Assembly (NCBI RefSeq): GCF_000014785.1
Contig: NC_008340.1
Span: forward strand, 2,490,001 to 2,522,000
Length of the DNA stretch: 32,000 bases
DNA from: Alkalilimnicola ehrlichii MLHE-1
Lineage (GTDB): Bacteria > Pseudomonadota > Gammaproteobacteria > Nitrococcales > Halorhodospiraceae
Reading direction: 5' to 3'
In this document: piece by piece, positions 1-10,735 of the stretch
Numbering within the stretch: the stretch's first letter is position 1
Layout of the letters: the number at the start of each line of letters is the position of its first letter
Program-made: the position numbers and the translations under genes
The notes under the pieces: model-generated
The model's database searches: none
What the model was told of the DNA's origin: nothing
What the model saw: the letters and a program-made list of their open reading frames with translations, nothing else

Positions 1-2
1 GC

Positions 3-701
3 ACCCAGGAGGCCAGCCTGCGCGGCTACGGCCCCGGCCGCTTCTCCTTCAACACCAAAGACGGCCGCTGCCCTGACTGCGACGGCCAGGGCGTACGCCG
101 GATCGAGATGAACTTCCTGCCCGACGTCACCGTACCCTGCGAGACCTGCCACGGACTGCGCTTCACCCGCGAGACCCTGGCCGTGGAATGGAAAGGCCGG
201 CACATCGGCGACGTACTCAACATGAGCGTGGAAGAGGCCACCGCCTTCTTCGCCGCGCAACCGCGCATCCACCACCCGCTCACACTGCTCGAGGCCGTCG
301 GCCTGGGCTACCTCACCCTGGGCCAGGCCAGCCCCACCCTCTCCGGGGGCGAGGCCCAGCGCATCAAACTGGTCACCGAACTGGCCAAGGCCCGCCCCGA
401 CCTGCGCGCCCAGCGTACCCCCCACACCCTCTACGTCCTGGACGAGCCCACCGTGGGCCTGCACATGGCAGACGTGGAGCGACTCATCGACGCCCTGCAG
501 CGGCTGGTGGACGCCGGCCACACCGTGGTGGTCATCGAACACAACCTCGATCTCATCGCCGAGGCGGACTGGGTGGTGGACATCGGTCCGGAGGGGGGCG
601 ACGCCGGCGGCCGGGTGGTCGCCGCCGGGCCGCCCGAGGCCGTGGCCGCCGGGTCGACCGCGACCGGACGCTTCCTGGCGGAGGTGTTGAAGCGGAAGTA
701 A
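3..701 (+). CDS. UvrA-family excinuclease ABC ATPase subunit, C-terminal part (5' end outside window)
   Basis: Frame 3 reads [51 protein letters not shown] (zinc-finger CxxC pairs), then the ABC signature [11 protein letters not shown], Walker [10 protein letters not shown] and [25 protein letters not shown]. The C-terminal portion matches ORF 108..701 and the frame is open to the window edge. Confidence 0.93.
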   Translation, partial: TQEASLRGYGPGRFSFNTKDGRCPDCDGQGVRRIEMNFLPDVTVPCETCHGLRFTRETLAVEWKGRHIGDVLNMSVEEATAFFAAQPRIHHPLTLLEAVGLGYLTLGQASPTLSGGEAQRIKLVTELAKARPDLRAQRTPHTLYVLDEPTVGLHMADVERLIDALQRLVDAGHTVVVIEHNLDLIAEADWVVDIGPEGGDAGGRVVAAGPPEAVAAGSTATGRFLAEVLKRK

Positions 702-744
702 CCGGGCGCACGGCGACCGGCCCCCGGGTCGGCGCCCCTAAAAC

Positions 745-776
745 GACGAAGGGGCGCCCGAGGGCGCCCCTTCGTC
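745..776 (-). terminator. Hairpin between convergent uvrA-like and lpxC genes; probable terminator of the lpxC end of the operon
   Basis: Perfect 14-bp stem GACGAAGGGGCGCC / GGCGCCCCTTCGTC with 4-nt loop CGAG. On the minus strand it is followed by GTTTTAG, a short T-tract. Confidence 0.75.
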
Positions 777-800
777 CGGTCGGAAGCTGACCGCCACCGA

Positions 801-1718
801 TCAGCCGGCCACCGCCAGCCCCGGTCGATCGTAGGCGATCGGCGAGTCGGAGGCCTGATCGAAGGTGACCTCCTCCCAGGCGTCCTCCTGCGCCAGCAGC
901 GCCCGCAACAGCTTGTTGTTCAGCGAGTGCCCGGACTTATGGCCCTTGAAGGCCCCGATCAGGCTGTGGCCCAGCAGGTAGAGATCGCCGATGGCATCCA
1001 GGATCTTGTGCTTGACGAACTCATCCTGATAGCGCAGCCCGTCTTCGTTGAGGATGCGGTAGTCGTCCACCAGGATGGCGTTGTCCAGGCTGCCCCCCAG
1101 CGCCAGCCGGTTGGCCCGCAGCATCTCGATGTCGCGCATGAAGCCGAACGTGCGCGCACGGCTCACCTCCTTGACGAAGGAGGTGCTGGAGAAATCCAAT
1201 TCCGCGAAGCCGTTTTGCTCGGTGAACACCGGGTGGTCGAAATGCAGCGTGTAGCCCACCTTGAACCCGTTGAACGGCTCGAAGGCGGCCCACTTGTCGT
1301 CCTCCTCCACCCGCACCGGCTTGCGGATCCGGATGAACCGCTTCAGCGCATTCTGTTCCTCGATGCCCGCAGAACGGATCAGGAACACGAACGGCCCCGA
1401 ACTGCCGTCCATGATCGGCACCTCCGGGGCGCTCACCTCGACGAAGGCGTTGTCGATCCCCAGGCCGGCCATGGCGGAGAGCAGGTGCTCCACCGTGTAG
1501 ACCCGCGCCTCCCCCTGGGAGAGGCAGGTGGAGAGTCGGGTATCCCCGACGTTCAGCGCATGGCCGGGGATATCCACCGGCGGGTCCAGATCCACCCGTC
1601 GGAAGATAATACCGGTGTTGGCCGGCGCCGGTCGGAGGGTGAGGTACACCTTCTCGCCGGTGTGCAAGCCCACGCCAGTGGCGCGGATACTGTTCTTTAA
1701 CGTGCGCTGACGGATCAT
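801..1718 (-). CDS. lpxC: UDP-3-O-acyl-N-acetylglucosamine deacetylase
   Basis: [24 protein letters not shown]...; [15 protein letters not shown]; [14 protein letters not shown]; [17 protein letters not shown]. The ORF extends to 1730, but the family-typical N-terminus MIRQRTLKN starts at 1718. Confidence 0.97.
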
Positions 1719-1890
1719 GTCGACGGCCAACTCCAGGGTTTATTGTTGCCAGTCACCGGCGTCTTCGGGCACAACGGGCCCGTGGGACGGCGGCGAGCGA
1801 CGTCATTCTACTGTAATCCACCGCACCGTGTATAGTGCAGTGCAACATAGCGCCGCGACCCTTTCCGGCCGGCACCGCCGGCGCCAGCGG

Positions 1891-3030
1891 TCAGTCCGCC
1901 TGACGCCGGAGGAAGGCGGGAATATCCAGGTATTCCATATCGCCCTCGTCTTCCACACCCGGCCGGTCGTTGGCCGCCTTCTTGCGGATCACCGTCGGCC
2001 GGTCCAGCTGGTTGTAGTCCACATCCCCGCTGGCCTTGCGCACCGGTTTCAGGTCGGGCTTGCGCTGCTCCTGGAATGCACCCAGGCCGGTGGCCACGAC
2101 TGTGACATGCAGTTCGTTCTCGAGTTCCGGATCGATGACGGTACCCACCACCACGGTGGCCTCGTCGGAGGCGAACTCGCGCACCGCATTGCCCACGTCG
2201 TTGAACTCGCCGATGCCCAGGTCCAGCCCGGCGGTGACATTGACCAGGATGCCGTTGGCCCCGGCCAGGTTCACGTCCTCCAGTAGCGGGCAGGCGATGG
2301 CCCGCTCGGCGGCCTCACGGGCGCGCCCCTCACCGGAGGCGGAGCCGGTACCCATCACCGCCATACCCATCTCCGACATCACCGTGCGCACATCGGCGAA
2401 GTCCACGTTAATCAGACCCGGGCGGGTGATCAACTCGGCGATACCTTTTACCGCACCCAGCAGCACATCGTTCGCCGCCTTGAAGGCATCCAGCAGCGTC
2501 AGGTTGTTGCCCAGCACACTGATCAGCTTCTCGTTGGGAATGGTGATCAGGGAGTCCACATGCTGGCCCAACTCCTTGATGCCCTCCTCGGCGATCCGCA
2601 TCCGCTTGCTGCCCTCGAAGGGGAAGGGCTTGGTCACCACGGCGACTGTGAGGATCCCCATCTCGCGGGCGATCTCGGCCACCACCGGGGCACCGCCAGT
2701 GCCGGTGCCACCGCCCATGCCGGCGGTGATGAAGACCATGTCCGCGCCCTCAATCGCTTCCATGATGCGCTCGCGGTCCTCGACGGCCGCCTCACGGCCG
2801 ACGCCGGGGTTGGCCCCGGCGCCCAGGCCCTTGGTGATGCCGGAACCGAGCTGCAGGGTGGTGCGCGCAGCCACGTTCTGCAGCGCCTGGGCGTCCGTGT
2901 TGGCGCAGATGAAATCCACACCCTCGATATCGGCGGCCACCATATGCTGCACGGCATTACCACCGCCGCCGCCTACGCCGATGACCTTGATAACCGCGTT
3001 CTGGTTGACGTTATCCATCAGTTCAAACAT
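1891..3030 (-). CDS. ftsZ: Cell division protein FtsZ
   Basis: [15 protein letters not shown]; tubulin signature [31 protein letters not shown]; C-terminal conserved peptide [19 protein letters not shown]-like RBS upstream of the ATG. Confidence 0.99.
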   Translation of the reverse strand: MFELMDNVNQNAVIKVIGVGGGGGNAVQHMVAADIEGVDFICANTDAQALQNVAARTTLQLGSGITKGLGAGANPGVGREAAVEDRERIMEAIEGADMVFITAGMGGGTGTGGAPVVAEIAREMGILTVAVVTKPFPFEGSKRMRIAEEGIKELGQHVDSLITIPNEKLISVLGNNLTLLDAFKAANDVLLGAVKGIAELITRPGLINVDFADVRTVMSEMGMAVMGTGSASGEGRAREAAERAIACPLLEDVNLAGANGILVNVTAGLDLGIGEFNDVGNAVREFASDEATVVVGTVIDPELENELHVTVVATGLGAFQEQRKPDLKPVRKASGDVDYNQLDRPTVIRKKAANDRPGVEDEGDMEYLDIPAFLRRQAD

Positions 3031-3121
3031 GACCCTATCCTCCTGGGACCGTTTCGGTCCGAATACAGAAATTGCAGTAACTTTTCCTTCCCCGGACCCG
3101 CCCGCCCGGATTCGCCCTGGC

Positions 3122-4387
3122 TCAGAAATTGCCCTTGAACCAACTCTTCATACGCGCCCAAAGTGCCTGTAGCCCGCCCTCCTCGCTGAAGTCGGTGAGC
3201 GCTGGCTTGCCCTCGTGCCGGGCGCCGTAGACCAGCAGCCCGACGCCGGTGGAATAGATGGGGTTGCGGACCACGTCCGAGAGGCCGGTGACCTGGGTCG
3301 GACTGGCCGCCCGCACCGGCAAGTGGAAGACCTCCTCGGCCAGGTCCACCACGCCCTCCATCTTGGAACTGCCCCCGGTGAGCACCACGCCCGCCGGGAT
3401 CAGGTCCTCAAAACCGCTGCGCCGCAGTTCTGCCTGCACCAGGCCGAGCAACTCCTCATAACGGGGCTCGACCACCGCCGCCAACGACTGGCGGGAGAGC
3501 CGGCGCGGCGGCCGGTCACCCACCGAGGGCACCTCGATGCTCTCCTCGGGATTGGCCAGCTGCGACAGGGCGCAGGCGTACTTGACCTTGATCTCCTCTG
3601 CGTGCTGGGTCGGGGTGCGCAGAGCCACCGCGATGTCGTTGGTGACCTGGTGCCCGGCGATGGGGATCACCGCCGTATGGCGGATGGCGCCGCCGGTGAA
3701 CACGGCGATATCGGTGGTCCCGCCACCGATATCCACCAGGCAGACCCCCAGCTCCCGCTCGTCGTCGGTGAGCACCGCCTGGGCCGAGGCGAGCTGCTGG
3801 AGGACCACGTCGTCCACCTCCAGGCCGCAGCGGCGGACACACTTAGTGATGTTTTCCGCCGCCGAGACGGCGCCGGTCACCATGTGCACCCGGGCCTCCA
3901 GGCGCACCCCGGACATGCCCAGCGGATGGCGAATGCCCTCCTGGTTGTCGATAACGAACTCCTGGGGCAACACGTGCAGGATCCGCTGATCGGCCGGGAT
4001 GGCCACCGCGCGTGCGCCGTCCAGCACCCGGTCCAGGTCGCCCTGGGTCACCTCCCGGTCCTTGATGGCCACCATGCCGTGGGAGTTCATGCTCTTGATA
4101 TGGCTGCCGGAGATGCCCACGTAGGCGGAGTGGATCTCGCAGCCGGCCATCAGCTCGGCCTCCTCCACCGCCCGCTGCACCGATTGGACGGTGGACTCGA
4201 TATTGACCACCACGCCCTTCTTCAGGCCGCTGGAGGGGTGGGAGCCGATGCCCACCACCTCGATCTCGCCGTCCTCCCCGGCCTCGCCCACGATGGCGAC
4301 TACCTTCGAGGTGCCGATATCCAGCCCCACCAGCAGGTTGCGTTCGGACTTCTTTACCATGCCGTGTTGTTTCCCTGTCGATCGCAT
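3122..4387 (-). CDS. ftsA: Cell division protein FtsA
   Basis: [19 protein letters not shown]; [37 protein letters not shown]; [21 protein letters not shown]. The true start may be the internal ATG at 4360 (MVKKSERN). Confidence 0.98.
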   Translation of the reverse strand: MRSTGKQHGMVKKSERNLLVGLDIGTSKVVAIVGEAGEDGEIEVVGIGSHPSSGLKKGVVVNIESTVQSVQRAVEEAELMAGCEIHSAYVGISGSHIKSMNSHGMVAIKDREVTQGDLDRVLDGARAVAIPADQRILHVLPQEFVIDNQEGIRHPLGMSGVRLEARVHMVTGAVSAAENITKCVRRCGLEVDDVVLQQLASAQAVLTDDERELGVCLVDIGGGTTDIAVFTGGAIRHTAVIPIAGHQVTNDIAVALRTPTQHAEEIKVKYACALSQLANPEESIEVPSVGDRPPRRLSRQSLAAVVEPRYEELLGLVQAELRRSGFEDLIPAGVVLTGGSSKMEGVVDLAEEVFHLPVRAASPTQVTGLSDVVRNPIYSTGVGLLVYGARHEGKPALTDFSEEGGLQALWARMKSWFKGNF

Positions 4388-5202
4388 TATTCGGTTGCCG
4401 TGCCCGCGTCCCGCCAGCCCAGCGCGAAGCCGTTGGGGTAGCGCAGATCCGCACTGGCCAGCTCCCGGCCCTGCTCCTGTTCACGGGCAATCAGCGGCCA
4501 GGCGTCCAGAAAGCGCATTACCCGCGCCACCACCTGCTCGCGCCCCATCTCCAGGCGGATCGGCCCCTCGTCGCCCGGCGCCACCCCGTCCTCCGGGGCC
4601 AGTTCGGCCCGCCAGGCCGCCCGCGCATCCTGTTCCAGCGCCATCAGCTCGAACCCGGCGGCCTGGAGGCGCCGGGTCAGATCGCGGTAATGCCGCACCA
4701 CCGCCTCTTCCCGCCCCGCCGTCCCCGACAGCCGCGGCAGCCCGGACGGGATGCTCGCCGGGTCCGGTTCAAACACCTCGCCGGCCCCGGTGATCAGCCC
4801 CGACTCGCCCCAGCGGGCCAGGGGCGCGTGCTCGCGGATGGTCAACTCCACCATATCGGGCCAGACCCGGCGCACCGAGGCGCTGGCCACCCAGGGCAGC
4901 GCCTCCACCGCCCGCCGCATGCCGGTGACGTCCAGGCCGAACATCCCCTTGTCCAGGAACGGCTCCAGGGCCGTCTCCACATCGTCCGGCGCCAGGTGGC
5001 GGACCGGGCTGTCCAGGCGCACCATCTGCACCGGGAACCACTCACCGCTGCGCAACTGCTCCAACGCGGCGCTGCCGCCGGCCAGTGCCAGCAGCAGTGC
5101 CGCGGCGCCGGCGGCCCAGCCCAGCATGCCGGCGCCGCGGTGGGCCCGCGTTGGCGTGCCCCGCGGCCGGGGGCCGCCCGCCGATGCGGCCAGCACCGTC
5201 AT
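4387..5202 (-). CDS. ftsQ: Cell division protein FtsQ
   Basis: Single N-terminal hydrophobic segment, then POTRA/FtsQ-type sequence ([24 protein letters not shown]...[47 protein letters not shown]). Position between ddl and ftsA. Confidence 0.95.
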   Translation of the reverse strand: MTVLAASAGGPRPRGTPTRAHRGAGMLGWAAGAAALLLALAGGSAALEQLRSGEWFPVQMVRLDSPVRHLAPDDVETALEPFLDKGMFGLDVTGMRRAVEALPWVASASVRRVWPDMVELTIREHAPLARWGESGLITGAGEVFEPDPASIPSGLPRLSGTAGREEAVVRHYRDLTRRLQAAGFELMALEQDARAAWRAELAPEDGVAPGDEGPIRLEMGREQVVARVMRFLDAWPLIAREQEQGRELASADLRYPNGFALGWRDAGTATE

Positions 5203-6134
5203 GGCCGCCCCGCCTCCCGCCGGCGGCTGTCGAGCAGGATCCGCCAGCAGAGTTCGTCGAAGTCGATACCCACCGCCCGGGCCGCCATGGGCACCAGGGA
5301 GTGATCGGTCATGCCGGGGATGGTGTTGATCTCCAACAACCAGAACCGGCCCTGCCGGTCGCGCATGAAATCCACCCGGCCCCAGCCGCTGGCACCGGCC
5401 ACCCGGAAGGCGTCCAGCGCCAACTGGCGGATCTGCTGCTCCTCGGCCTCGGTGAGCCCGGCCGGACAGTGGTAGCGGGTGTCCCCGCTGCGGTACTTGG
5501 CCTCGAAGTCGTAGAAACCGCGCGGGGTCTCCAGTCGAATGGCCGGCAGCGCCTCCTCGCCCAGGATGGCCACGGTGTACTCCCCGCCCTCGATCCAGCG
5601 CTCGGCGAGCACCAGGTCGTCGTAGCGGGCGGCCTCGGCGCGGGCGGCCTCCAGCTCCTCCGGCCGCTCCACCTTGGCCATGCCGATACTCGACCCCTCA
5701 TGGGCCGGCTTGATCATCAGCGGCAGGCCGACGCTGCCGATGAGCGCCTGGCGGTTGGTCTCCGGGCGCAGCAGCGCCCCGGGCGGCACCGGCAGCTCGG
5801 CGCCACGCCAGAGCAGCTTGGTGCGCCACTTGTCCATGCCGATGGCGCAACCCAGGACACCGCTGCCGGTATAGGGCACGCCCAGGGCCTCCAGCGCCCC
5901 CTGGATGACCCCGTCCTCGCCGCCACGGCCGTGCAGGGCAATGAAGGCCCGGTCGAAACCGGTCAGTTCCGCCAGCGCCACCTGGGCGGTATCCACCGCC
6001 TCCGCATCAACACCGCGACGGCGCAACGCCTCGAACACGGCCCGGCCGCTGATCAGGGAGATCTCACGCTCGGCGGAGTCGCCCCCCATCAGCACCGCCA
6101 CCCGGCCCATCGCCGCTGCCTGTTCGCTGCTCAT
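5199..6134 (-). CDS. ddlB: D-alanine--D-alanine ligase
   Basis: [19 protein letters not shown]; [38 protein letters not shown]; [10 protein letters not shown]; [26 protein letters not shown]. Confidence 0.97.
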   Translation of the reverse strand: MSSEQAAAMGRVAVLMGGDSAEREISLISGRAVFEALRRRGVDAEAVDTAQVALAELTGFDRAFIALHGRGGEDGVIQGALEALGVPYTGSGVLGCAIGMDKWRTKLLWRGAELPVPPGALLRPETNRQALIGSVGLPLMIKPAHEGSSIGMAKVERPEELEAARAEAARYDDLVLAERWIEGGEYTVAILGEEALPAIRLETPRGFYDFEAKYRSGDTRYHCPAGLTEAEEQQIRQLALDAFRVAGASGWGRVDFMRDRQGRFWLLEINTIPGMTDHSLVPMAARAVGIDFDELCWRILLDSRRREAGRP

Positions 6135-7027
6135 GACTGCGCCTCCCCCACGATATGCACCTCGGGCACCAGGGTGACCCCGTGCCGGCGCGCCACCTCA
6201 TCGCGCACCTGTTCGATCAAGGCCTCGATGTCCGCCGGGGTGGCCCCGCCGGTGTTGATAATGAAATTGGCGTGCCGCTCCGAGACCTGGGCGGCGCCGC
6301 GGCGCAGCCCCTTGAGCCCGGCGGCCTCAATCAACCGCGCCGCGTGGTCACCGGGCGGGTTGCGGAACACCGAGCCGCAGCTCGGCTCGCCGATGGGTTG
6401 GGTGCGGTTACGCTGGCTAAGCAGGGCCTTGACCCGCGCCTGCATCGCCTGGGCGTCGCCCGGCTCCAGGTCCAGCACCGCGGCGACGAACCATTCCCCG
6501 GCCGGCCCGCTGACGTGGCGGTAACCCACCCGGAAATCCTCAGGCCCGCGCCGGCGCAGCACACCGTGCCGGTCCACCGTCTCCACCCGGCGCACCCGCG
6601 ACCAGGTCTCGCCGCCGAAGGCGCCGGCATTCATGGCCAGGGCGCCGCCCAGGGTGCCGGGGATACCGGCGAAGAACTCCGCCCCGGCCAGCCCCTGGCG
6701 GATGCAGTAGCGGGACAACCGGCCGCAGGCCACCCCGGCCTCGGCATGGACCTGCTCGCCCTCCACCCGCAGCGCATCGAGTCCGCCCTGGGTGAGGATG
6801 ACCGTGCCGCGCAGGCCGCCCTCGCGCACCAGCAGGTTGCTGCCCAGGCCGCACCAGAACAGCGGCTCGTCCTCCGGCAACCGGCGCAGGAACGCCACCA
6901 GGTCCGCCAGCCCGGCGGGCCGGTAGAGCCGTTCGGCCGGGCCACCGGCACGCCAGGAGGTGTAGCGCGCCATCGGCTCCCAATGGCGCAGTTCCCCCGG
7001 CTGTATGCGGCGTTCGGCGGCCATCAT
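6131..7027 (-). CDS. murB: UDP-N-acetylenolpyruvoylglucosamine reductase
   Basis: [16 protein letters not shown]; [12 protein letters not shown]-like [15 protein letters not shown]; [22 protein letters not shown]; [24 protein letters not shown]. The start at 7027 overlaps the murC stop (ATGA); the ORF extension to 7207 is not needed. Confidence 0.97.
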   Translation of the reverse strand: MMAAERRIQPGELRHWEPMARYTSWRAGGPAERLYRPAGLADLVAFLRRLPEDEPLFWCGLGSNLLVREGGLRGTVILTQGGLDALRVEGEQVHAEAGVACGRLSRYCIRQGLAGAEFFAGIPGTLGGALAMNAGAFGGETWSRVRRVETVDRHGVLRRRGPEDFRVGYRHVSGPAGEWFVAAVLDLEPGDAQAMQARVKALLSQRNRTQPIGEPSCGSVFRNPPGDHAARLIEAAGLKGLRRGAAQVSERHANFIINTGGATPADIEALIEQVRDEVARRHGVTLVPEVHIVGEAQS

Positions 7028-8463
7028 CCCCCATCCTCCACGCCGTGGCGGCGGGCCAGCTCCGCGGCGGCACCGCCGATGCTGCCCGCCCCCAGGGTCA
7101 GCACCAGGTCGCCGTCCCGGGCCACCCCGGGGAGCACCTGCTGCAGTTCCTCCAGGGTCTCCACGAAGACCGGGTTGACCTGGCCGCGGGCGCGGATCGC
7201 CGCGCACAGGCCACGCCCGGTGGCGCCGGCCACCGGCGGCTCGCCGGCGGCATAGACCTCGGTGACCAGCAGCGCATCGGCCTCGGAGAGCACCCGGGCG
7301 AAGTCCTCGAACAGATCCCGGGTGCGGCTGTAACGGTGGGGCTGGAAGACCACCAGGACCCGCCGGCCGGGCCAGCCGTCGCGCACCGCTCTCAGGGTGG
7401 CGGCGATCTCCCGCGGGTGGTGGCCGTAGTCGTCCACCAGGGTCACCCGGGCGTCGCCGAAGCGCAGGGTACCGTGGTCCTGGAAGCGCCGGCCGATCCC
7501 CTGGAAGCGCTGCAGGGCGCGCTGGATGGCGGCGACGTCCACATGCAGCTCGCGGGCCACGGCGATGGCCGCCAGGGCATTCTGCACGTTGTGGCGGCCG
7601 GGCAGATTCACCTCCACCGGGAAGGTCGCCTCGCCATCCACCACCGTGAAGCGGGTACGCCGGCCGCTCTGCTCGATGTCCACCGCCCGCAGGTCGGCGT
7701 CCTCGGCGAAGCCGTAGCTGCGCACCTGGCGGGCGATCTCCGGGCCCAAATCGCGCAACACCGGGTCGTCGTGACAGAGCACCGCCAGGCCGTAGAAGGG
7801 CAGGTGGTGCAGGAATTCGTCGAAGGTATGGCGTAGCTGGTCGAAGTCGCCGCCATAGGTCTCCAGGTGATCGGCATCGATGTTGGTGACCACCGCCATC
7901 ATCGGCTTCAGGTGCAGGAAGGAGGCGTCGCTCTCGTCGGCCTCGGCCACCAGATAGCGGCCGCTGCCCAGCCGGGCGTGGCTGGCGGAGCTGTTGAGCC
8001 GCCCGCCGATGACATAGGTGGGGTCCAAACCGCCCTCGGCGAGCACGCTGGCCACCAGGCTGGTGGTGGTGGTCTTGCCGTGGGTGCCGGCTACCGCGAT
8101 GCCGTAACGGAAGCGCATCAGCTCGGCCAGCATCTCGGCCCGGCGCACCACCGGGATACGGTACTCGCGGGCGGCCTGCACCTCCGGGTTGTCCGCCTGC
8201 ACCGCGCTGGAGACCACCACCGCATCGGCCCCCTGCACGTGGTCGGCCTCATGACCGAACACCACCTGCACGCCCAGCCCCGCCAGGCGCCGGGTGATGG
8301 CGTTCTCCCGCAGATCGGACCCGGTCACGGTAAAGCCCAGGTTGTGCAGCACCTCGGCGATACCGCCCATGCCCGCACCGCCGATACCGACGAAGTGCAG
8401 GTGGCGGACGCGGCCAAAGGCGTCCGGGCGGGTATGGGCCGGGCTCGTGTCACCGTCAGTCAT
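7024..8463 (-). CDS. murC: UDP-N-acetylmuramate--L-alanine ligase
   Basis: [28 protein letters not shown]; [18 protein letters not shown]; [15 protein letters not shown]. Start inferred at 8463 by ATGA overlap with the murG stop. Confidence 0.98.
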   Translation of the reverse strand: MTDGDTSPAHTRPDAFGRVRHLHFVGIGGAGMGGIAEVLHNLGFTVTGSDLRENAITRRLAGLGVQVVFGHEADHVQGADAVVVSSAVQADNPEVQAAREYRIPVVRRAEMLAELMRFRYGIAVAGTHGKTTTTSLVASVLAEGGLDPTYVIGGRLNSSASHARLGSGRYLVAEADESDASFLHLKPMMAVVTNIDADHLETYGGDFDQLRHTFDEFLHHLPFYGLAVLCHDDPVLRDLGPEIARQVRSYGFAEDADLRAVDIEQSGRRTRFTVVDGEATFPVEVNLPGRHNVQNALAAIAVARELHVDVAAIQRALQRFQGIGRRFQDHGTLRFGDARVTLVDDYGHHPREIAATLRAVRDGWPGRRVLVVFQPHRYSRTRDLFEDFARVLSEADALLVTEVYAAGEPPVAGATGRGLCAAIRARGQVNPVFVETLEELQQVLPGVARDGDLVLTLGAGSIGGAAAELARRHGVEDGG

Positions 8464-9533
8464 CGGGCCTCCTCCAGGCAGATCCGCGCCACCGTGGCCG
8501 CGGCGTCCGGCCGCCCCAACCCGCGCGCGCACTGGGCCATGCGCTGCAGGCGTGGCGGGTCGGCCAACAGGGTCTTGAGCTCCAGCGCCAGGCGCTGGGC
8601 ACTGAGTTCGGACTGGGGCAGCAAGACCCCGGCGCCGGCCGCCACGAACTGCCGGGCGTTGGCGGTCTGGTGGTCGTCCACGGCGCCGGGCAGCGGCACC
8701 AGGATGGCGGGCACGCCCACCGCCTCCAGCTCCGCCACGGTCAGGGCGCCGGCACGGCAGATCGCCAGGTCCGCCCAGGTCCAGGCCGCGGCCATGTCCT
8801 CAATAAAGGGCTGCAGGTCCACCGCGATACCCGCCTGATCGTAGGCCTCGCGGGCCTGTTGCAGGGTGCGCTCGCCGGCTTGGTGGCGTACCACCGGCCG
8901 TTGCACCTCCGGTAGCCGGGCCAGCGCCGCCGGGACGGTGCTGTTCAGGGCCAGCGCGCCCAGGCTGCCGCCCACCACCAGCAGGCGCAGAGGCTCGTGG
9001 GCGCCGGCACCGCGATCCGCCGGGCCGGGTACCCGGGTGATGGCGTCGCGCACCGGGTTGCCCACGTGCTCGCCGCCCCGTTCCGGCAGGATGCCGGGGA
9101 AGCCGGTGAGCACCCGGCGGGCGAGCCGACTCAGCAGGCGGTTGGTCAGACCGGCCACGGCGTTCTGCTCGTGGATGATCAGCGGCCGGCGGGTCAGCCA
9201 GGCGGCCACCGCCCCCGGGCCGGCGGCGTAACCCCCCATGCCCAATACCGCCCGCGGCCGGTGCCGGCGCAGGACGCCCAGGGCCTGCCAGAGGGCGCGC
9301 AGCAGCACAAACGGCGCGGCCAGCCAGCCCCGCAGGCCGTTGCCGCGCAGGCCGCGCACCCGCAGCGACTCCAGCGGGATGTCCGCCGCCGGCACCACCC
9401 GGGCCTCCAGGCCCTCGCGGGTGCCCAGCCAGACCACTGGCACCCCCTGCTCGCGTAGGCGCTCCGCCACCGCCAGCGCGGGGAAGACGTGGCCACCGGT
9501 GCCACCGGCCATGATCAGGACGGGCATCGTCAT
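8460..9533 (-). CDS. murG: UDP-N-acetylglucosamine--N-acetylmuramyl-(pentapeptide) pyrophosphoryl-undecaprenol N-acetylglucosamine transferase
   Basis: [21 protein letters not shown]; [18 protein letters not shown]; [17 protein letters not shown]; [11 protein letters not shown]; [35 protein letters not shown]. Confidence 0.98.
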   Translation of the reverse strand: MTMPVLIMAGGTGGHVFPALAVAERLREQGVPVVWLGTREGLEARVVPAADIPLESLRVRGLRGNGLRGWLAAPFVLLRALWQALGVLRRHRPRAVLGMGGYAAGPGAVAAWLTRRPLIIHEQNAVAGLTNRLLSRLARRVLTGFPGILPERGGEHVGNPVRDAITRVPGPADRGAGAHEPLRLLVVGGSLGALALNSTVPAALARLPEVQRPVVRHQAGERTLQQAREAYDQAGIAVDLQPFIEDMAAAWTWADLAICRAGALTVAELEAVGVPAILVPLPGAVDDHQTANARQFVAAGAGVLLPQSELSAQRLALELKTLLADPPRLQRMAQCARGLGRPDAAATVARICLEEAR

Positions 9534-10735
9534 GGGCGCACCCTCCCTGACGGTCGCTTGCGCGGCCTGGGTTGCTGGGCCGCCAGCCGGGCCTCGTAGT
9601 CCACCCGCAGGAGCAGCGCCAGGGCGATGCCGGTCATGATCAGGCTGCTGCCGCCGTAGCTCATCAGCGGCAGGGTCAGCCCCTTGGTGGGCAACAGCCC
9701 CATGGTGACGGCCATATTGATGAAGGCCTGCAGCCCGATGCTGATGGTCAGCCCCCAGGCCAGGTAGGCGCCGAAGGGCCGGTCGGCCCGCAGGCTGGCC
9801 AGGCCGATCTGCATGCCGCGCCAGGCCAGGTAGGTGAACAGGGCCACCACCACGACCACGCCGAGCAGACCCAGCTCCTCCGCCAGCACGGCGAACAGGA
9901 AGTCGGTGTGCGCCTCCGGCAGGTAGAAGAGCTTCTGCACGCTAGCGCCCAGCCCCACGCCGAACCACTCGCCGCGGCCGATGGCGATCAACGACTGGGT
10001 GAGCTGGAACCCGGCATTGAAGGGGTCGGCCCAGGGATCGGTGAAGGTGGTCAGCCGCTGCCAGCGATAGGGCGAGCCGACGATGAGCAGCCAGGCGGCG
10101 CCGGCCAGCAGCAGGCCCAGCACCCCGATCCGCCAGAGTGAGGCACCGGCCAGGAACAACAGGCCGAGCGCCGTGGCCATGAGCACCAGGGCGGTGCCGA
10201 AGTCGGGCTGCGCCAGCAGCAGGACAGCGGCCAGCGAAAAGACCGCCAGCGGGACGGCGAAGGCGCTGCTGGTGTTGGGCAGCTCCGCGTGCCGGCGTAC
10301 GCAGTAGCCGGCCAGGTAGATGATGAAACAGACCCGGGCCACCTCCGCCACCTGCAGGTTGATCAGCCCGAGCGGGATCCAGCGGGTGGCGCCGTTCACC
10401 TCCCGGCCCACCCCTGGGATCAGCACCACCAGCAGCAGGAAGAAGCCGAGCACCAACAACACCGGGCCGCCGCGGTAGAACTGGTCCAGCGACAGGTGCA
10501 GACAGGCCACGGCGGCCATCAGGGCCACGGCCAGGAAGACGGCCTGCCGGTAGAGGTAGTGGAGCGGATCCCCGGTGGCCCCCTCGGCGATGGAGACCGA
10601 GGCCGAGCCCACCATGACCAGGCCCAGGCCGGCCAGGGCCAGCACGGTCAGCGCCAGGCGCCAGTCCAGGCGCTCCCAGGCCAGTCCGCCCGACTGGCCG
10701 AGGTCCAGACGCAGCCAGCGCAGCACTTCAGCCAT
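9530..10735 (-). CDS. ftsW: SEDS-family peptidoglycan glycosyltransferase FtsW
   Basis: Multipass membrane protein. VMVGSASVSIA; LLAQPDFGTALVLMATALGLLFLAG; QLTQSLIAIGRGEWFGVGLGASVQKLFYLPEAHTDFLFAVLAEELGLLG; TKGLTLPLMSYGGSSL. Start inferred at 10735 (MAEVLRWL). Confidence 0.97.
   Translation of the reverse strand: MAEVLRWLRLDLGQSGGLAWERLDWRLALTVLALAGLGLVMVGSASVSIAEGATGDPLHYLYRQAVFLAVALMAAVACLHLSLDQFYRGGPVLLVLGFFLLLVVLIPGVGREVNGATRWIPLGLINLQVAEVARVCFIIYLAGYCVRRHAELPNTSSAFAVPLAVFSLAAVLLLAQPDFGTALVLMATALGLLFLAGASLWRIGVLGLLLAGAAWLLIVGSPYRWQRLTTFTDPWADPFNAGFQLTQSLIAIGRGEWFGVGLGASVQKLFYLPEAHTDFLFAVLAEELGLLGVVVVVALFTYLAWRGMQIGLASLRADRPFGAYLAWGLTISIGLQAFINMAVTMGLLPTKGLTLPLMSYGGSSLIMTGIALALLLRVDYEARLAAQQPRPRKRPSGRVRP

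Noticed and set aside
2036-3172. 378-aa plus-strand ORF opposite ftsZ
   Set aside because: Antisense artefact; Ser/Thr/Pro/Arg-rich translation with no motif.
3122-4387. Possible frameshifts or pseudogenes among the dcw genes
   Set aside because: Every dcw reading frame is intact with its catalytic or signature motifs; I found no disrupted gene.
3215-4441. 408-aa plus-strand ORF opposite ftsA; likewise 5085..6524 (479 aa) opposite ddl/ftsQ
   Set aside because: Antisense to confidently identified genes, low-complexity composition, no domain motifs.
7027-7207. N-terminal extension of the murB ORF, and similar extensions of murC, ftsW, ftsI and sspB
   Set aside because: The extensions read as low-complexity sequence inside the upstream gene. 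Family N-termini and stop/start overlaps support the shorter starts.
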